IMG/VR virus record: IMGVR_UViG_3300025012_000068
Location: 1 to 64,000 of that record
Reading direction: 5' to 3' (one strand)
DNA length: 64,000 bases
From: an uncultured virus (IMG/VR IMGVR_UViG_3300025012_000068)
Lineage: Duplodnaviria > Heunggongvirae > Uroviricota > Caudoviricetes
In this document: piece by piece, positions 1 to 8,902 of the stretch
How the letters are laid out: each line of letters opens with the position of its first letter
How positions within the stretch are numbered: the stretch's first letter is position 1
Position numbers and translations under genes: made by a program
Notes under the pieces: model-generated
Database searches by the model: none
Told to the model about the DNA's origin: nothing
Seen by the model: the letters and a program-made list of their open reading frames with translations, nothing else

Positions 1-2
1 TT

Positions 3-677
3 GAGTGTAATAAAACTGGTATAACCTTAATTCACATATTTGAGGATAACTGGGTATTTAAGCAAGATATTATTAAATCACGAATTCTTAACCTTTTAAA
101 TAAGACTCCTAATCGGATATATTCTAGGAAGTGCGGGGTTAGAGAAGTGTCGTTTAAAGAGTCTAATCAGTTTTTAGAAGATAATCATTTGCAGGGAAAG
201 TGCGTAAGTAAATACAATATAGGTTTGTATAACAGGGAGGAGTTAGTAAGTTTGATGACATTTGGTAAATTGAGGAAGTCATTAGGCAGTAAAAATAAGA
301 TTGACGAGTATGAGTTATTGAGGTTTTGCAATAAGTTAAATACTAGTGTAGTAGGAGCGGCCTCTAAACTATTTAAATATTTTATAGAAACATATAATCC
401 ATATAAAATTATAAGTTATGCCGACCAGGGTTGGACAAATTATAAGGATGATAATTTATATATTAAGTTAGGATTTAGGTATGCTAGTACAAGTGGACCT
501 AATTATTGGTATGTTATAGATGGAGTAAGGAGGCATAGGTTTAATTTTAGGAAGGATGTATTAGTAAGAGAAGGATACGATAAGAATATGACAGGGCATG
601 AGATAATGCTAAGCCGGAATATTTATAGAGTGTATGATTGTGGAAATTATAAATTTGAATGGAAAAATGAAAACTGA
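3..677 (+). CDS. Hef/Vsr-like putative homing endonuclease, 5'-partial (frame open from window start)
   Basis: Frame open upstream of 147 (ECNKTGITLIHIFEDNW...); IHIFED, RFCNKLN and YDCG motifs; paralog of the next ORF. Confidence 0.6.
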   Translation, partial: ECNKTGITLIHIFEDNWVFKQDIIKSRILNLLNKTPNRIYSRKCGVREVSFKESNQFLEDNHLQGKCVSKYNIGLYNREELVSLMTFGKLRKSLGSKNKIDEYELLRFCNKLNTSVVGAASKLFKYFIETYNPYKIISYADQGWTNYKDDNLYIKLGFRYASTSGPNYWYVIDGVRRHRFNFRKDVLVREGYDKNMTGHEIMLSRNIYRVYDCGNYKFEWKNEN

Positions 678-2385
678 AGTATTAGAATATTTTATGACTG
701 ATAATAAATCAGGGTGGAAGTGTGTCAGAAAAAAGTTAAATAATAATAATCCTGATTTATTTAATTTAATAGAAGAGAATAGTAAATTAAATGATTTGAT
801 AGATCTATCATTTACACAACAGATTTATCATTATATTTATGAATTGAACTGTGTACCTATATGTAAGTGTTGTAAGATTAATTTCCCTAAATTTAGAGGG
901 TTGTCATTAGGATATTCAGTATATTGTAGTATGAAATGTATTAATAATGATTTAGACGTTAAACTTAAAAAGAAAGAAAAGTATATTAAGAATCATATTT
1001 CTGGAAATCATAAGCATTTAAAAGGAGAGGATAACCCATTAGCGAAAGGAAATACTGCGTATTTAAAAAGAAAAGATACAATTAGAGATAAGTATGGTGT
1101 AGACAATATTAAACAAATTAGTTGGGTTAAAGAAAAAGCATCAAATACTTTTTCAAAAAATTATGGAAAAGGAACTGATAGTAGTATTAAACTAAAAGAA
1201 AAAAAGAGAAAGACATTTATAGAAAAAACTAATGGAAAATATTTTCATCCATTTCAAGTTCCTGAAGTTAGATTAGCTGGAATAGAATCTCTTAAGATAA
1301 ATAGAGAAGAAATTAAAAAGAAAAAACTAGAAAAAACTAGAAAACGAATACTAGCGCAATATCCAAACTTAAATATTATTAATGTAGATTATGATAGAGA
1401 TATAACTATACTATGTGATAAATGTAATACTGAATATATTATTAATAATAATCTTTTACAGCAAAGAGTAGAAAAATATAAAATAGAAACTCCATGCTTA
1501 AATTGTAATCCATTAAGCTCAAGTATTTGTCAAACTGAAATTTATGAATTTATTAAAAATAATACTGACTTTAATGTTATTCAAAATAATAGAACTGTTA
1601 TTTCACCAAAGGAATTAGATATTTATATACCTGAATTAAACTTAGCATTTGAATATAATAGTTTTTATGCACATAATAATGTAATACTAAAAAATAAAAA
1701 TTATCATTTAAATAAAACCGTTAATTGTATAAAACAAAAGGTCCATCTAGTTCATATATGGGAAGATGATTGGTTATATAGAAAAAATATTATTAAATCA
1801 CGTATACTTAACCTTTTAAATAAAACTCCTAATAGGATATATTCTAGGAAGTGTGTGATACGAGAAGTATCGTTTAAAGAGTCTAATAAATTTTTAGAAG
1901 ATAATCATTTGCAGGGCAAGTGTATGAGTAAATATAATATAGGTTTGTATTATGGAGAGGAGTTAGTTAGTTTGATGACATTTGGAAAGATTAGGTATGG
2001 GAATAAAAACAAGGAAAAATATGATTTAGAGTTGTATAGGTTTTGTAATAAGTTGAATACTAATGTTATTGGGGCAGCTAATAGGTTATTTTCTTATTTT
2101 ATTAATAAGTATAGTGAAATTAATTTGGTTTTAACGTATTCTAATAGAGATTGGGCGTTTAGATTTGACGAAAATGTTTATATTAATATGGGGTTTGATT
2201 ATTTAGGAGAGTCTAGACCTGGGTATTTTTATACTAAAAATTATAAGAGGTATAATAGACAAGTTTACGTTAAGCATAAATTAAGTAATTATAGTATTGA
2301 TAAAACGGAGTTTGAGATAATGCATGGATTGGATTATAAAGAATGTTATAATAGTGGTAACTATATTTTTGTTTGGAAAAGATAG
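667..2385 (+). CDS. Hef/Vsr-like putative homing endonuclease with Zn-binding CxxC pairs
   Basis: ELDIYIPELNLAFEYN and HIWEDDW nuclease-type motifs; likely ATG at 667 overlapping the previous stop. Confidence 0.6.
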   Translation: MKTEVLEYFMTDNKSGWKCVRKKLNNNNPDLFNLIEENSKLNDLIDLSFTQQIYHYIYELNCVPICKCCKINFPKFRGLSLGYSVYCSMKCINNDLDVKLKKKEKYIKNHISGNHKHLKGEDNPLAKGNTAYLKRKDTIRDKYGVDNIKQISWVKEKASNTFSKNYGKGTDSSIKLKEKKRKTFIEKTNGKYFHPFQVPEVRLAGIESLKINREEIKKKKLEKTRKRILAQYPNLNIINVDYDRDITILCDKCNTEYIINNNLLQQRVEKYKIETPCLNCNPLSSSICQTEIYEFIKNNTDFNVIQNNRTVISPKELDIYIPELNLAFEYNSFYAHNNVILKNKNYHLNKTVNCIKQKVHLVHIWEDDWLYRKNIIKSRILNLLNKTPNRIYSRKCVIREVSFKESNKFLEDNHLQGKCMSKYNIGLYYGEELVSLMTFGKIRYGNKNKEKYDLELYRFCNKLNTNVIGAANRLFSYFINKYSEINLVLTYSNRDWAFRFDENVYINMGFDYLGESRPGYFYTKNYKRYNRQVYVKHKLSNYSIDKTEFEIMHGLDYKECYNSGNYIFVWKR

Positions 2386-2401
2386 CATTTAAATATAACA
2401 C

Positions 2402-2905
2402 CTATTTTTGTTTTATCAATAATATAGATACTTCTATATTATAATTTTCTTGGTGTATATTAGTTAATGTGATACTATTAATTAGGCCTATATTTAATAG
2501 TATTGTATCAGTAGTTGGTGGCATTAAGTTAACATATAAATTATGTATTTTTTGTCTTACATACATAGACGGACTACTGGGTAAATTATCATCATATATA
2601 TCCATTTGCAAGTATTGTTTTTCAAGTGGTATATATTGCTTATTATCTTGTAAAGGATAATTTACTTTAATAATTATGCCTTTGACTTGTTTAGTTAAAT
2701 TGGTATTATCAAAAAGATTTATAGATTGGTTATATGTAAGGGTATCTGAAATATATTCATAAGAATCAACTGGATATACAAATCCAGCCATTAAAAAACT
2801 AAAAAGCACCTTATCTTTTAAAATAATATCAAAATTATTATTTTGAATAATTAGTTTTTTAATTGTATCTTGACTATCTGCACAAATTCTAGTTATCTGA
2901 GCCAT
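2402..2905 (-). CDS. hypothetical protein
   Basis: 167-aa ORF tightly packed in an operon. Confidence 0.6.
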   Translation of the reverse strand: MAQITRICADSQDTIKKLIIQNNNFDIILKDKVLFSFLMAGFVYPVDSYEYISDTLTYNQSINLFDNTNLTKQVKGIIIKVNYPLQDNKQYIPLEKQYLQMDIYDDNLPSSPSMYVRQKIHNLYVNLMPPTTDTILLNIGLINSITLTNIHQENYNIEVSILLIKQK

Positions 2906-2906
2906 A

Positions 2907-3530
2907 TTATTGCATATAGGGTTCGCCTATAGTATTATTTTTTCCATCTATTGTTTGTATAGTTTCTTCTGGTTTATTTATTTCAAAATTAGGTAGTATA
3001 GTATCTTCAGTTTTTACTACTATAACTGGTTCTATTATTTTTTCCTGTTTAGGTAATATGTCATCCTCTTCTTCGGATATATAGTCTACTCCAGATTTCA
3101 ATAAAATTAATGATATTAATGGTATAGGCAATCCTATTAATATTGATACAATAAACTTACTCATTTGTAAATCTAATGCACCTAGCATCATATCCATGAA
3201 TGTATCTAGCCAAGTTGGGTCTTCCATTAATTTATGGCGTATATAATCATATGACGCATAAACATTACCAAAGGCTTGTAAAATAAAAAGAATTAAGAAC
3301 ATTAAGATAACATAACTCTTTTTAATTTTTTTCAATAGAGTTTTGCCGCTACCAACTATAAATGACACAAGAGACCCTAGTTCAAACGTAGTAGCGAGTA
3401 ATACAGATAGAAAGAAAGGATTAGCTAACCCAGCGAATGATATTAAATGTATAGTTGAAAGAATACTAGAGATGAAGGGTACAGCAAAGAAAATAAAAAG
3501 AATATTTTTACTAGAAAAATGTTTTATCAT
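2907..3530 (-). CDS. multi-pass membrane protein
   Basis: About 4 hydrophobic segments and an acidic tail. Confidence 0.6.
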   Translation of the reverse strand: MIKHFSSKNILFIFFAVPFISSILSTIHLISFAGLANPFFLSVLLATTFELGSLVSFIVGSGKTLLKKIKKSYVILMFLILFILQAFGNVYASYDYIRHKLMEDPTWLDTFMDMMLGALDLQMSKFIVSILIGLPIPLISLILLKSGVDYISEEEDDILPKQEKIIEPVIVVKTEDTILPNFEINKPEETIQTIDGKNNTIGEPYMQ

Positions 3531-3866
3531 TTATTCATTAATTTTTTTATTAATTTCGTTAATCCTTTGATCAATTTCGTTAATCTTTTGGTCTGGCCTA
3601 TTTTTAGTAAGAACTATTTGATTCATATTAAATAGTGTAGTTTTTTCCATATAATATGACTGTTTTTCAAACAATAAGTCTAATTGTTTTTTAGTATAAG
3701 TCGACTTTTTTAAATCTATAATAATATTTATTAAACTATCTTGAATTTTAATAGTAGTTTCGTTATTATTATTAATTTTAGTATAAGTTCTACACGAAAA
3801 ACACCCACTCATCATACAAAAAAATATACTTACTCCAACTAATGTATATAATAATTTTTGTTCCAT
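3531..3866 (-). CDS. membrane-anchored or lipoprotein-like hypothetical protein
   Basis: N-terminal hydrophobic segment with Cys; coiled-coil-like C-terminus. Confidence 0.5.
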   Translation of the reverse strand: MEQKLLYTLVGVSIFFCMMSGCFSCRTYTKINNNNETTIKIQDSLINIIIDLKKSTYTKKQLDLLFEKQSYYMEKTTLFNMNQIVLTKNRPDQKINEIDQRINEINKKINE

Positions 3867-3950
3867 TGTTTTTAAAAATGTTTTATTTTATTATTTATTC
3901 AAAAATAAAAATATTTTTATTAATGTGCAATTATCCTAATTCTATTTAAG

Positions 3951-4325
3951 TTAGCCTTCTACTATTTCAGGATTATCAAAAATATTGCCAATAACTCTAT
4001 TTAATATGTCATCGTTCTCATACCAGTTAGTGTCTCCATTGCAGCTTTCTCCTGAATGAGTACAATAAAATTCAAATGAAGCGATATCGTCATTCCAACG
4101 AATAGATAAAAAGTCTTCTACAATGTCATGCTCGTAAAACTCAATACCATTTCTAATTGCAACTAATTGGCAAAGTGTATCAATTAAAATATCGCTTTCT
4201 AATCCAGTTTCTGGATTGTGTATTCTAAATTCGTTTGAGCATCCTTTAAATCTTTTAGAATGGATAAAATTACCATAAACCCACTCATTTGACATATCTT
4301 TTGCTCTGTACTTTATTGTTCTCAT
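3951..4325 (-). CDS. YopX-family phage protein
   Basis: MRTIKYRAK...WVYG start and VIGNIFDNPE end. Confidence 0.75.
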   Translation of the reverse strand: MRTIKYRAKDMSNEWVYGNFIHSKRFKGCSNEFRIHNPETGLESDILIDTLCQLVAIRNGIEFYEHDIVEDFLSIRWNDDIASFEFYCTHSGESCNGDTNWYENDDILNRVIGNIFDNPEIVEG

Positions 4326-4338
4326 TTTTTTAATTTAG

Positions 4339-4545
4339 CTATAACATTTCAACATTATCTGCAACTTCTAATATAAAAGCGTCATCACTTTTTATTACAA
4401 ATTTGTGAAGTTTATAATGGCGATCTGAGTATTTACCATTTTCAATAAATGCATAAATAAACACACGGTTATTATTTGGAAGAGACTTTTTCCATTCTAA
4501 TATTTTTTCTTTTTCCTCATTACTTAAATTTAATTCAAGCCTCAC
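4339..4545 (-). CDS. hypothetical protein
   Basis: 68-aa ORF co-oriented with neighbours. Confidence 0.4.
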   Translation of the reverse strand: MRLELNLSNEEKEKILEWKKSLPNNNRVFIYAFIENGKYSDRHYKLHKFVIKSDDAFILEVADNVEML

Positions 4546-4650
4546 GTTATTTTATTTTTATAACTTATTAATTTAGTATTAACAATATTGCAGACAATCA
4601 TATATCATAAATTCCACAATACTTTATTTTTATCTTTTATTAATTTAAAA

Positions 4651-5244
4651 TTATATTTTTTTAGTATTAAATTCAATGGCCTTATCTTTAAGTTTTTTTA
4701 TAGTATCATCAACTGCCATTTTTTTAATTGCCGATTTTAATGTTTTATTACAGTTTTTATATTCGCCAAATTTAGAAATCTCTTTTCTAAATCTAAATTT
4801 TGCCATACGAGATTGACTCCATAATATATATGGCTTTAATTTTTTTAGTTTATGTTCAGCTATCATGTTAAAAATGTCGTCATTAGTTAGCTTTAGCAAT
4901 AAATCTTTACATTTAAATATTGTTTTTATTTGGGCTTTAGATAAAGATAAATCGAAAATGTGTTTAATAGATTTAAAATAGTCGTTATGATTAAGATAAA
5001 ATTGTTCAAACACTAAATTCTTTTTTAATCTTTTTTTAGCTACCCATTTTTTATGTAAACTATATAATTTATCTTTATTTTTTTCTTTCCATTTTTTAAA
5101 ATAGTCTTTATCATATTTAGGAGATTTTTTATATTTTTCTCTTCTTCTAGCTTTTGCACATTCTTTACATATAAAAACTTTAGAGCTATAAAAATAAAAT
5201 TCAGTTTCTCCATGCTTTTTGCATTTTCTTATAATTGTTTCCAT
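4651..5244 (-). CDS. basic hypothetical protein with N-terminal Zn-finger-like motif
   Basis: CKKHG...CKEC. Confidence 0.5.
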   Translation of the reverse strand: METIIRKCKKHGETEFYFYSSKVFICKECAKARRREKYKKSPKYDKDYFKKWKEKNKDKLYSLHKKWVAKKRLKKNLVFEQFYLNHNDYFKSIKHIFDLSLSKAQIKTIFKCKDLLLKLTNDDIFNMIAEHKLKKLKPYILWSQSRMAKFRFRKEISKFGEYKNCNKTLKSAIKKMAVDDTIKKLKDKAIEFNTKKI

Positions 5245-5281
5245 GATTAAAAAGTATTTAAATTAAATAACATATACACTA

Positions 5282-6022
5282 CTAAATTGTTTTACTAATA
5301 ATATTATCTTTATTAACTACATCGATATTATTTAAACGTAATAATAATTGGCAAGATGCTATAACATCTTTTCCACAATACTTTGATATTTTATTAAGAG
5401 AATTTATTTTATTGTCTGATGAATAATATGTTTCATGGACTTCATGGCCATGAATATCATCTTTAGGGGTATCAATATTTAGTGACGCTAATACTAATTC
5501 AAATGGTATTAATTTTTTTTGGCCAAATGACCACATTTCAAATAAATCATAACATGATATTTCCCATGGCTTTTTGTTATAGTTATCTAATAAATTTGGT
5601 AAATCTAATCTATTAATTAAAAATCGTTTTGATAAAAATGGTATATCAAAATTTTTAATATTATACCCACATAATTTACCATTTTTAAAAATAGATGAAA
5701 AGTCATTTAATAATTTACTCACTTTTTCTAAAAGAATCTTTTCATTTTCATCTGCTATATTAATTAGACTAATACTACTAATATTTTCATCAAACTTAAT
5801 CATGGCAAACGACGCACATATTATTTTACCATATTCAGCATATAAGCCGGCATTTTTTAAATACCCTTCGTTTTCATCTTTATACTCTTCTTTAATTTTT
5901 TGCCAAGTTCTACGTATAAATATATCTTGTAAAAGAGGAGGTAATCCAAATAACTCCTTAGATTGACCACATGTTTCTAAATCAAAAAGTAATACTGATT
6001 TAATATTATCTTGTGTAAGCAT
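5282..6022 (-). CDS. stand-alone 3'-5' exonuclease (PolB-related DEDD family)
   Basis: FDLET, GYNIKNFDIPF and YCGKDV motifs. Confidence 0.8.
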   Translation of the reverse strand: MLTQDNIKSVLLFDLETCGQSKELFGLPPLLQDIFIRRTWQKIKEEYKDENEGYLKNAGLYAEYGKIICASFAMIKFDENISSISLINIADENEKILLEKVSKLLNDFSSIFKNGKLCGYNIKNFDIPFLSKRFLINRLDLPNLLDNYNKKPWEISCYDLFEMWSFGQKKLIPFELVLASLNIDTPKDDIHGHEVHETYYSSDNKINSLNKISKYCGKDVIASCQLLLRLNNIDVVNKDNIISKTI

Positions 6023-6090
6023 ATTTTTAATTGTTTTTAAGTTTTTTCTATTATTGGAGTTTAATTAGTATTAAAACTAATATTTTTTTT

Positions 6091-6906
6091 TTAAATTGGT
6101 AATTTAATCTTATTTAAGATATTAGTTGATATGTGAGTATAAATTTCTGTAGTTTTTATTGATGAATGCCCTGCTATTTTTTGAATTATTCGTATGTCCG
6201 TTCCATTTTCTAAAAGATTTGTAAAGCATGAATGCCTCAATGTATGAAAAGTTGAATTTTTATTAATTTTAAAATTATTCCAAATTTGCCTACAACTTGA
6301 AGTAGAATATTTAACTCCATGAGCATAGCTTTCAAAAAGATAAAACTCAGGTTTGTATTTAAGATAGTATTTTCTTAAAAGCCCTAAAATATGATTTGAA
6401 AGAGGTACAACTCTATCTTTTCTTCCTTTTCCTGATTTAACTAAAATTAGCATTCTTTTTGAATCTATGTCTTCTAATTTAAGATTACATATTTCTGAAA
6501 CTCTTAATCCACTACTATATGCTAGCGATATGATAGCTTTATGTTTTAAGTTTTGTATTTTGGAAATTGATTGCACAATTTCATCATGCGAAATTACTTG
6601 TGGTAATTTCTTTTCTCTTCGTGGTCTTTTAATTTTAATTAAATGTTTTATTGATTTTTTTAAAATTAATAAATAGAATATTTTTAAAGAATTAAGTATT
6701 TGATTTTGCTGTGATACTGACGAATAATTAAAATTAAATAAATAGTTGTTTAACTGTTCTAAATTTAAATGGTATGGATCATTGTTTATTTCTATTAAAA
6801 AGTTATAAAGACAACTTTTATAATTATTAATAGTACATGTTGAATAATTTTTTATTATCAGAGTTTTTTCAAATTTTCTGATAATACAATCAAATTTAGT
6901 ATTCAT
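6091..6906 (-). CDS. tyrosine recombinase/integrase of the cassette array (likely start MNTKF at 6906)
   Basis: SGLRVSE, KSGKGRKDR, HTLRH, GHSS, TEIYTH catalytic set; SAM-like N-terminal domain. Confidence 0.9.
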   Translation of the reverse strand: MNTKFDCIIRKFEKTLIIKNYSTCTINNYKSCLYNFLIEINNDPYHLNLEQLNNYLFNFNYSSVSQQNQILNSLKIFYLLILKKSIKHLIKIKRPRREKKLPQVISHDEIVQSISKIQNLKHKAIISLAYSSGLRVSEICNLKLEDIDSKRMLILVKSGKGRKDRVVPLSNHILGLLRKYYLKYKPEFYLFESYAHGVKYSTSSCRQIWNNFKINKNSTFHTLRHSCFTNLLENGTDIRIIQKIAGHSSIKTTEIYTHISTNILNKIKLPI

Positions 6907-6909
6907 ATT

Positions 6910-6949
6910 CAATATATTAAGCGTACTTGTATATATATAATAGTTAGCG
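6910..6949 (+). other. attI-like primary recombination site (core GTTAGCG at 6943, no hairpin)
   Basis: ATATATATAATA-GTTAGCGGTAATG immediately upstream of the integrase start; first cassette body starts here and ends in the complementary CACTACCGCTAAC (to 7150). Confidence 0.6.
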
Positions 6950-6955
6950 GTAATG

Positions 6956-7210
6956 TTAAGACCACTCGAAACCTGACCATCCTTTATTCCACTTTGACAG
7001 CTTGAAAGAAAATGAAAATCCGCAATGGTTGTCTTCAAGTGCTTTTGTTGCTAAAAATGCGTGTGTATCTACTATCTCACATTGTTTATTTTCTTTCAAT
7101 GCTTGCAGTAATTCGTGTCCATTCTTCGGACGAAAAACACTACCGCTAACACTCGATATAAGTAATGGCGGGTTAGTGCTTTCTTGATGTTCTGTGCTTT
7201 CTATTGTCAT
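6956..7210 (-). CDS. cassette ORF (MTIEST...; start inside hairpin loop)
   Basis: ATG at 7210 within site 7144-7273; reads through GTT AGC GGT AGT (VSGS). Confidence 0.65.
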   Translation of the reverse strand: MTIESTEHQESTNPPLLISSVSGSVFRPKNGHELLQALKENKQCEIVDTHAFLATKALEDNHCGFSFSFKLSKWNKGWSGFEWS

Positions 7211-7273
7211 TTGTGCTAAATTTAAAGTGAGTAGTTCTAAATCCGCCACTACTCATAGCGGATGCCGTTATAT
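7144..7273 (+). repeat. attC-like hairpin site
   Basis: CGCTAAC..TATAAGTAATGGCGG / CCGCCACTACTCATA..GTTATAT. Confidence 0.85.
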
Positions 7274-7489
7274 GCAATGTTTTCTTTCCTCGCTCAACTC
7301 ACTATTACATTTATCACATATTCGTTCTCTAACATCATAAGTTAGATTTTCTTCATTCTCTTGAATTGTGAGTTCCGACCCACAAACACAACACATAACA
7401 TCAGATAAACTCAATTTTTTATCGAGCAATCCAACTTTATTTAAGTGCTGATTTAACCAATTGTTTTCGTAATATATTTTCTTTTCCAT
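7268..7489 (-). CDS. cassette ORF, small Zn-ribbon protein
   Basis: CxxC...CxxC; stop TAA lies in the TAAC core; start in hairpin. Confidence 0.65.
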   Translation of the reverse strand: MEKKIYYENNWLNQHLNKVGLLDKKLSLSDVMCCVCGSELTIQENEENLTYDVRERICDKCNSELSEERKHCI

Positions 7490-7522
7490 AATAAAAACTG
7501 AGTTTATCTGTAGCCGTTATAT
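7393..7522 (+). repeat. attC-like hairpin site
   Basis: ACATAAC-AT-CAGATAAACTCAATTTTTTAT / ATAAAAACTGAGTTTATCTG-TAGCC-GTTATAT. Confidence 0.85.
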
Positions 7523-7678
7523 TTAATACAAAAATAAGAAATATTTTTGATATATTAACACGTTTAGTACTTTATTTTTGAACTAAATATAATAAGTAAA
7601 TATAATTAATTGATAATCAATCTACTAAATTATAAATGACAGTACTCTTCAACTAATCATATTTACAGAACGTTAGCA
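7516..7678 (-). promoter_or_regulatory. ORF-less putative promoter cassette, copy 1 (complete, with own hairpin 7587-7678)
   Basis: Repeat found 5 times; minus-strand TATTTTTG (TAnnTTTG) at 7529-7536; arms GTAAATATAATTAATTGA / TCAACTAATCATATTTAC-AGAAC-GTT. Confidence 0.7.
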
Positions 7679-7687
7679 AACATAAAA

Positions 7688-7906
7688 TTATTTAGATAAG
7701 TCGTTATCATCAAATAACAATTTCAACTTCTCTGCTAACTTTTCCATAAATTCTTCTTTACCATCAATCCAACTTTCAAGTCCTAATACAGTTTCAGCAC
7801 AAGAAGTTGAAATTTCTTCGCTGAATGTTTCTTCTACTAATTTTAAAATATCTTTCTTAGTCATAATTTTACGATTTGCTAACAGCGTATATGTGAAATA
7901 CGCCAT
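7688..7906 (-). CDS. cassette ORF, hypothetical (start 7906 or 7864)
   Basis: Body bounded by GTTAGCAAA (7672) and TTTGCTAAC (7883). Confidence 0.6.
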   Translation of the reverse strand: MAYFTYTLLANRKIMTKKDILKLVEETFSEEISTSCAETVLGLESWIDGKEEFMEKLAEKLKLLFDDNDLSK

Positions 7907-7970
7907 TAAGGTTTGTATTTAATTTCAAGTTTCTGCTATGCGTACTTCACATATACGCAAAACGTTAGGC
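7877..7970 (+). repeat. attC-like hairpin site
   Basis: TGCTAAC-A-GCGTATATGTGAAATACGC / GCGTACTTCACATATACGC-AAAAC-GTTAGGC. Confidence 0.85.
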
Positions 7971-7976
7971 GTAAGG

Positions 7977-8321
7977 CTACTGCCACACACCATTGACGCG
8001 AACAACCTGTGAACGCTCAATCCAAATAGATTGCTCTGTATCTTCATCCTTAAATTCTTCCTTCCAATGAATACGCCCAATTAATCGCTTTTCGGTTTTC
8101 TTTGGTCGCCTTGAAATTGTTATTTCTTCTTCCGTTTCCTCAAATCTTTGGTGGTCATCACACAATAGAAGTTCCTCTTTTTTCAAGGCAACTATTTCTG
8201 TTTTGATTTGAGCGATTAATTCCCATTTTTCGGCAATCTCCTGATTGATGTCCGCCCTACGCCTAACAGTACCTTGAACGCTATTGGCGGTTTCGTTGTT
8301 AATTGAAGTTTTCGTTTCCAT
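7977..8321 (-). CDS. cassette ORF, hypothetical
   Basis: Body bounded by GTTAGGCGTAAGG / CCCTACGCCTAAC; start in loop. Confidence 0.65.
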   Translation of the reverse strand: METKTSINNETANSVQGTVRRRADINQEIAEKWELIAQIKTEIVALKKEELLLCDDHQRFEETEEEITISRRPKKTEKRLIGRIHWKEEFKDEDTEQSIWIERSQVVRVNGVWQ

Positions 8322-8392
8322 ATTTACTTTTGTTGTTTAATTAAAATTCGTGTTTCAAATCGCCAACAGCGTCAAGCTGCGGCACGTTATAA
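8261..8392 (+). repeat. attC-like hairpin site
   Basis: GCCTAAC..CTTGAACGCTATTGGCG / CGCCAACAGCGTCAAG..GTTATAA. Confidence 0.8.
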
Positions 8393-8401
8393 GTAATAAA
8401 A

Positions 8402-8659
8402 CTACTCATTTCTTTCTATTAATTCTTTTATATTTTCAATAACATAATAAAAGTTTTCACAAGTATCTTTTAAATCATCCCAATCTGTTCTACCCTCTAC
8501 AAAATCCTCTCTATTATTGAAAATATAAAAATACCCTCTATCATCTAAACTTTTTATCAATTTTAGAATTTCTTCCTTAGTTTTACTACTTATAACATCA
8601 GATATATTCAATTCTGATGTCTTATCTTCAAATGTTTTTATATGTTTTCTATCTTTCAT
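8402..8659 (-). CDS. cassette ORF, hypothetical
   Basis: Body bounded by GTTATAAGTAATAAAA / TTTTACTACTTATAAC; start in loop. Confidence 0.65.
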   Translation of the reverse strand: MKDRKHIKTFEDKTSELNISDVISSKTKEEILKLIKSLDDRGYFYIFNNREDFVEGRTDWDDLKDTCENFYYVIENIKELIERNE

Positions 8660-8722
8660 CTTATTAATTTATTTTAGTTATATATTAAAATCAGAACTGA
8701 ATATATCTGATGAACGTTAGCA
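8590..8722 (+). repeat. attC-like hairpin site
   Basis: TTATAAC-ATCAGATATATTCAATTCTGAT / ATCAGAACTGAATATATCTGAT-GAAC-GTTAGCA. Confidence 0.85.
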
Positions 8723-8731
8723 GCAATAAGC

Positions 8732-8902
8732 CTATATCCGTTTAATAACATCACACATCTTTGAAAATTTATCTGCATCTATAATCACCTTCTTCTTTTT
8801 TGAGGTCGGCTTACTGCTTATAACAACATGTTTATTCAATTGCTGGCTTTCGTAGTCTGCAATTAACTTTTTCGCTTTTAAGTATTGTTTTTCTGTTATC
8901 AT
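8732..8902 (-). CDS. cassette ORF, 56 aa (MITEKQYLKAKKLIADYESQQLNKHVVISS...), below ORF-track cutoff
   Basis: Translated by hand; N-terminus paralogous to 21133..21375. Confidence 0.6.
   Translation of the reverse strand: MITEKQYLKAKKLIADYESQQLNKHVVISSKPTSKKKKVIIDADKFSKMCDVIKRI

Noticed and set aside
3950..4565. GTTAGCC at the YopX stop and GTTAT..ATAAC at 4547 as cassette ends
   Set aside because: No paired arms or complementary body ends were found; could be chance.
6907..7038. Integrase N-terminal extension in the ORF track (start 7038)
   Set aside because: It crosses the attI-like site and overlaps a cassette ORF; ATG 6906 is more plausible.
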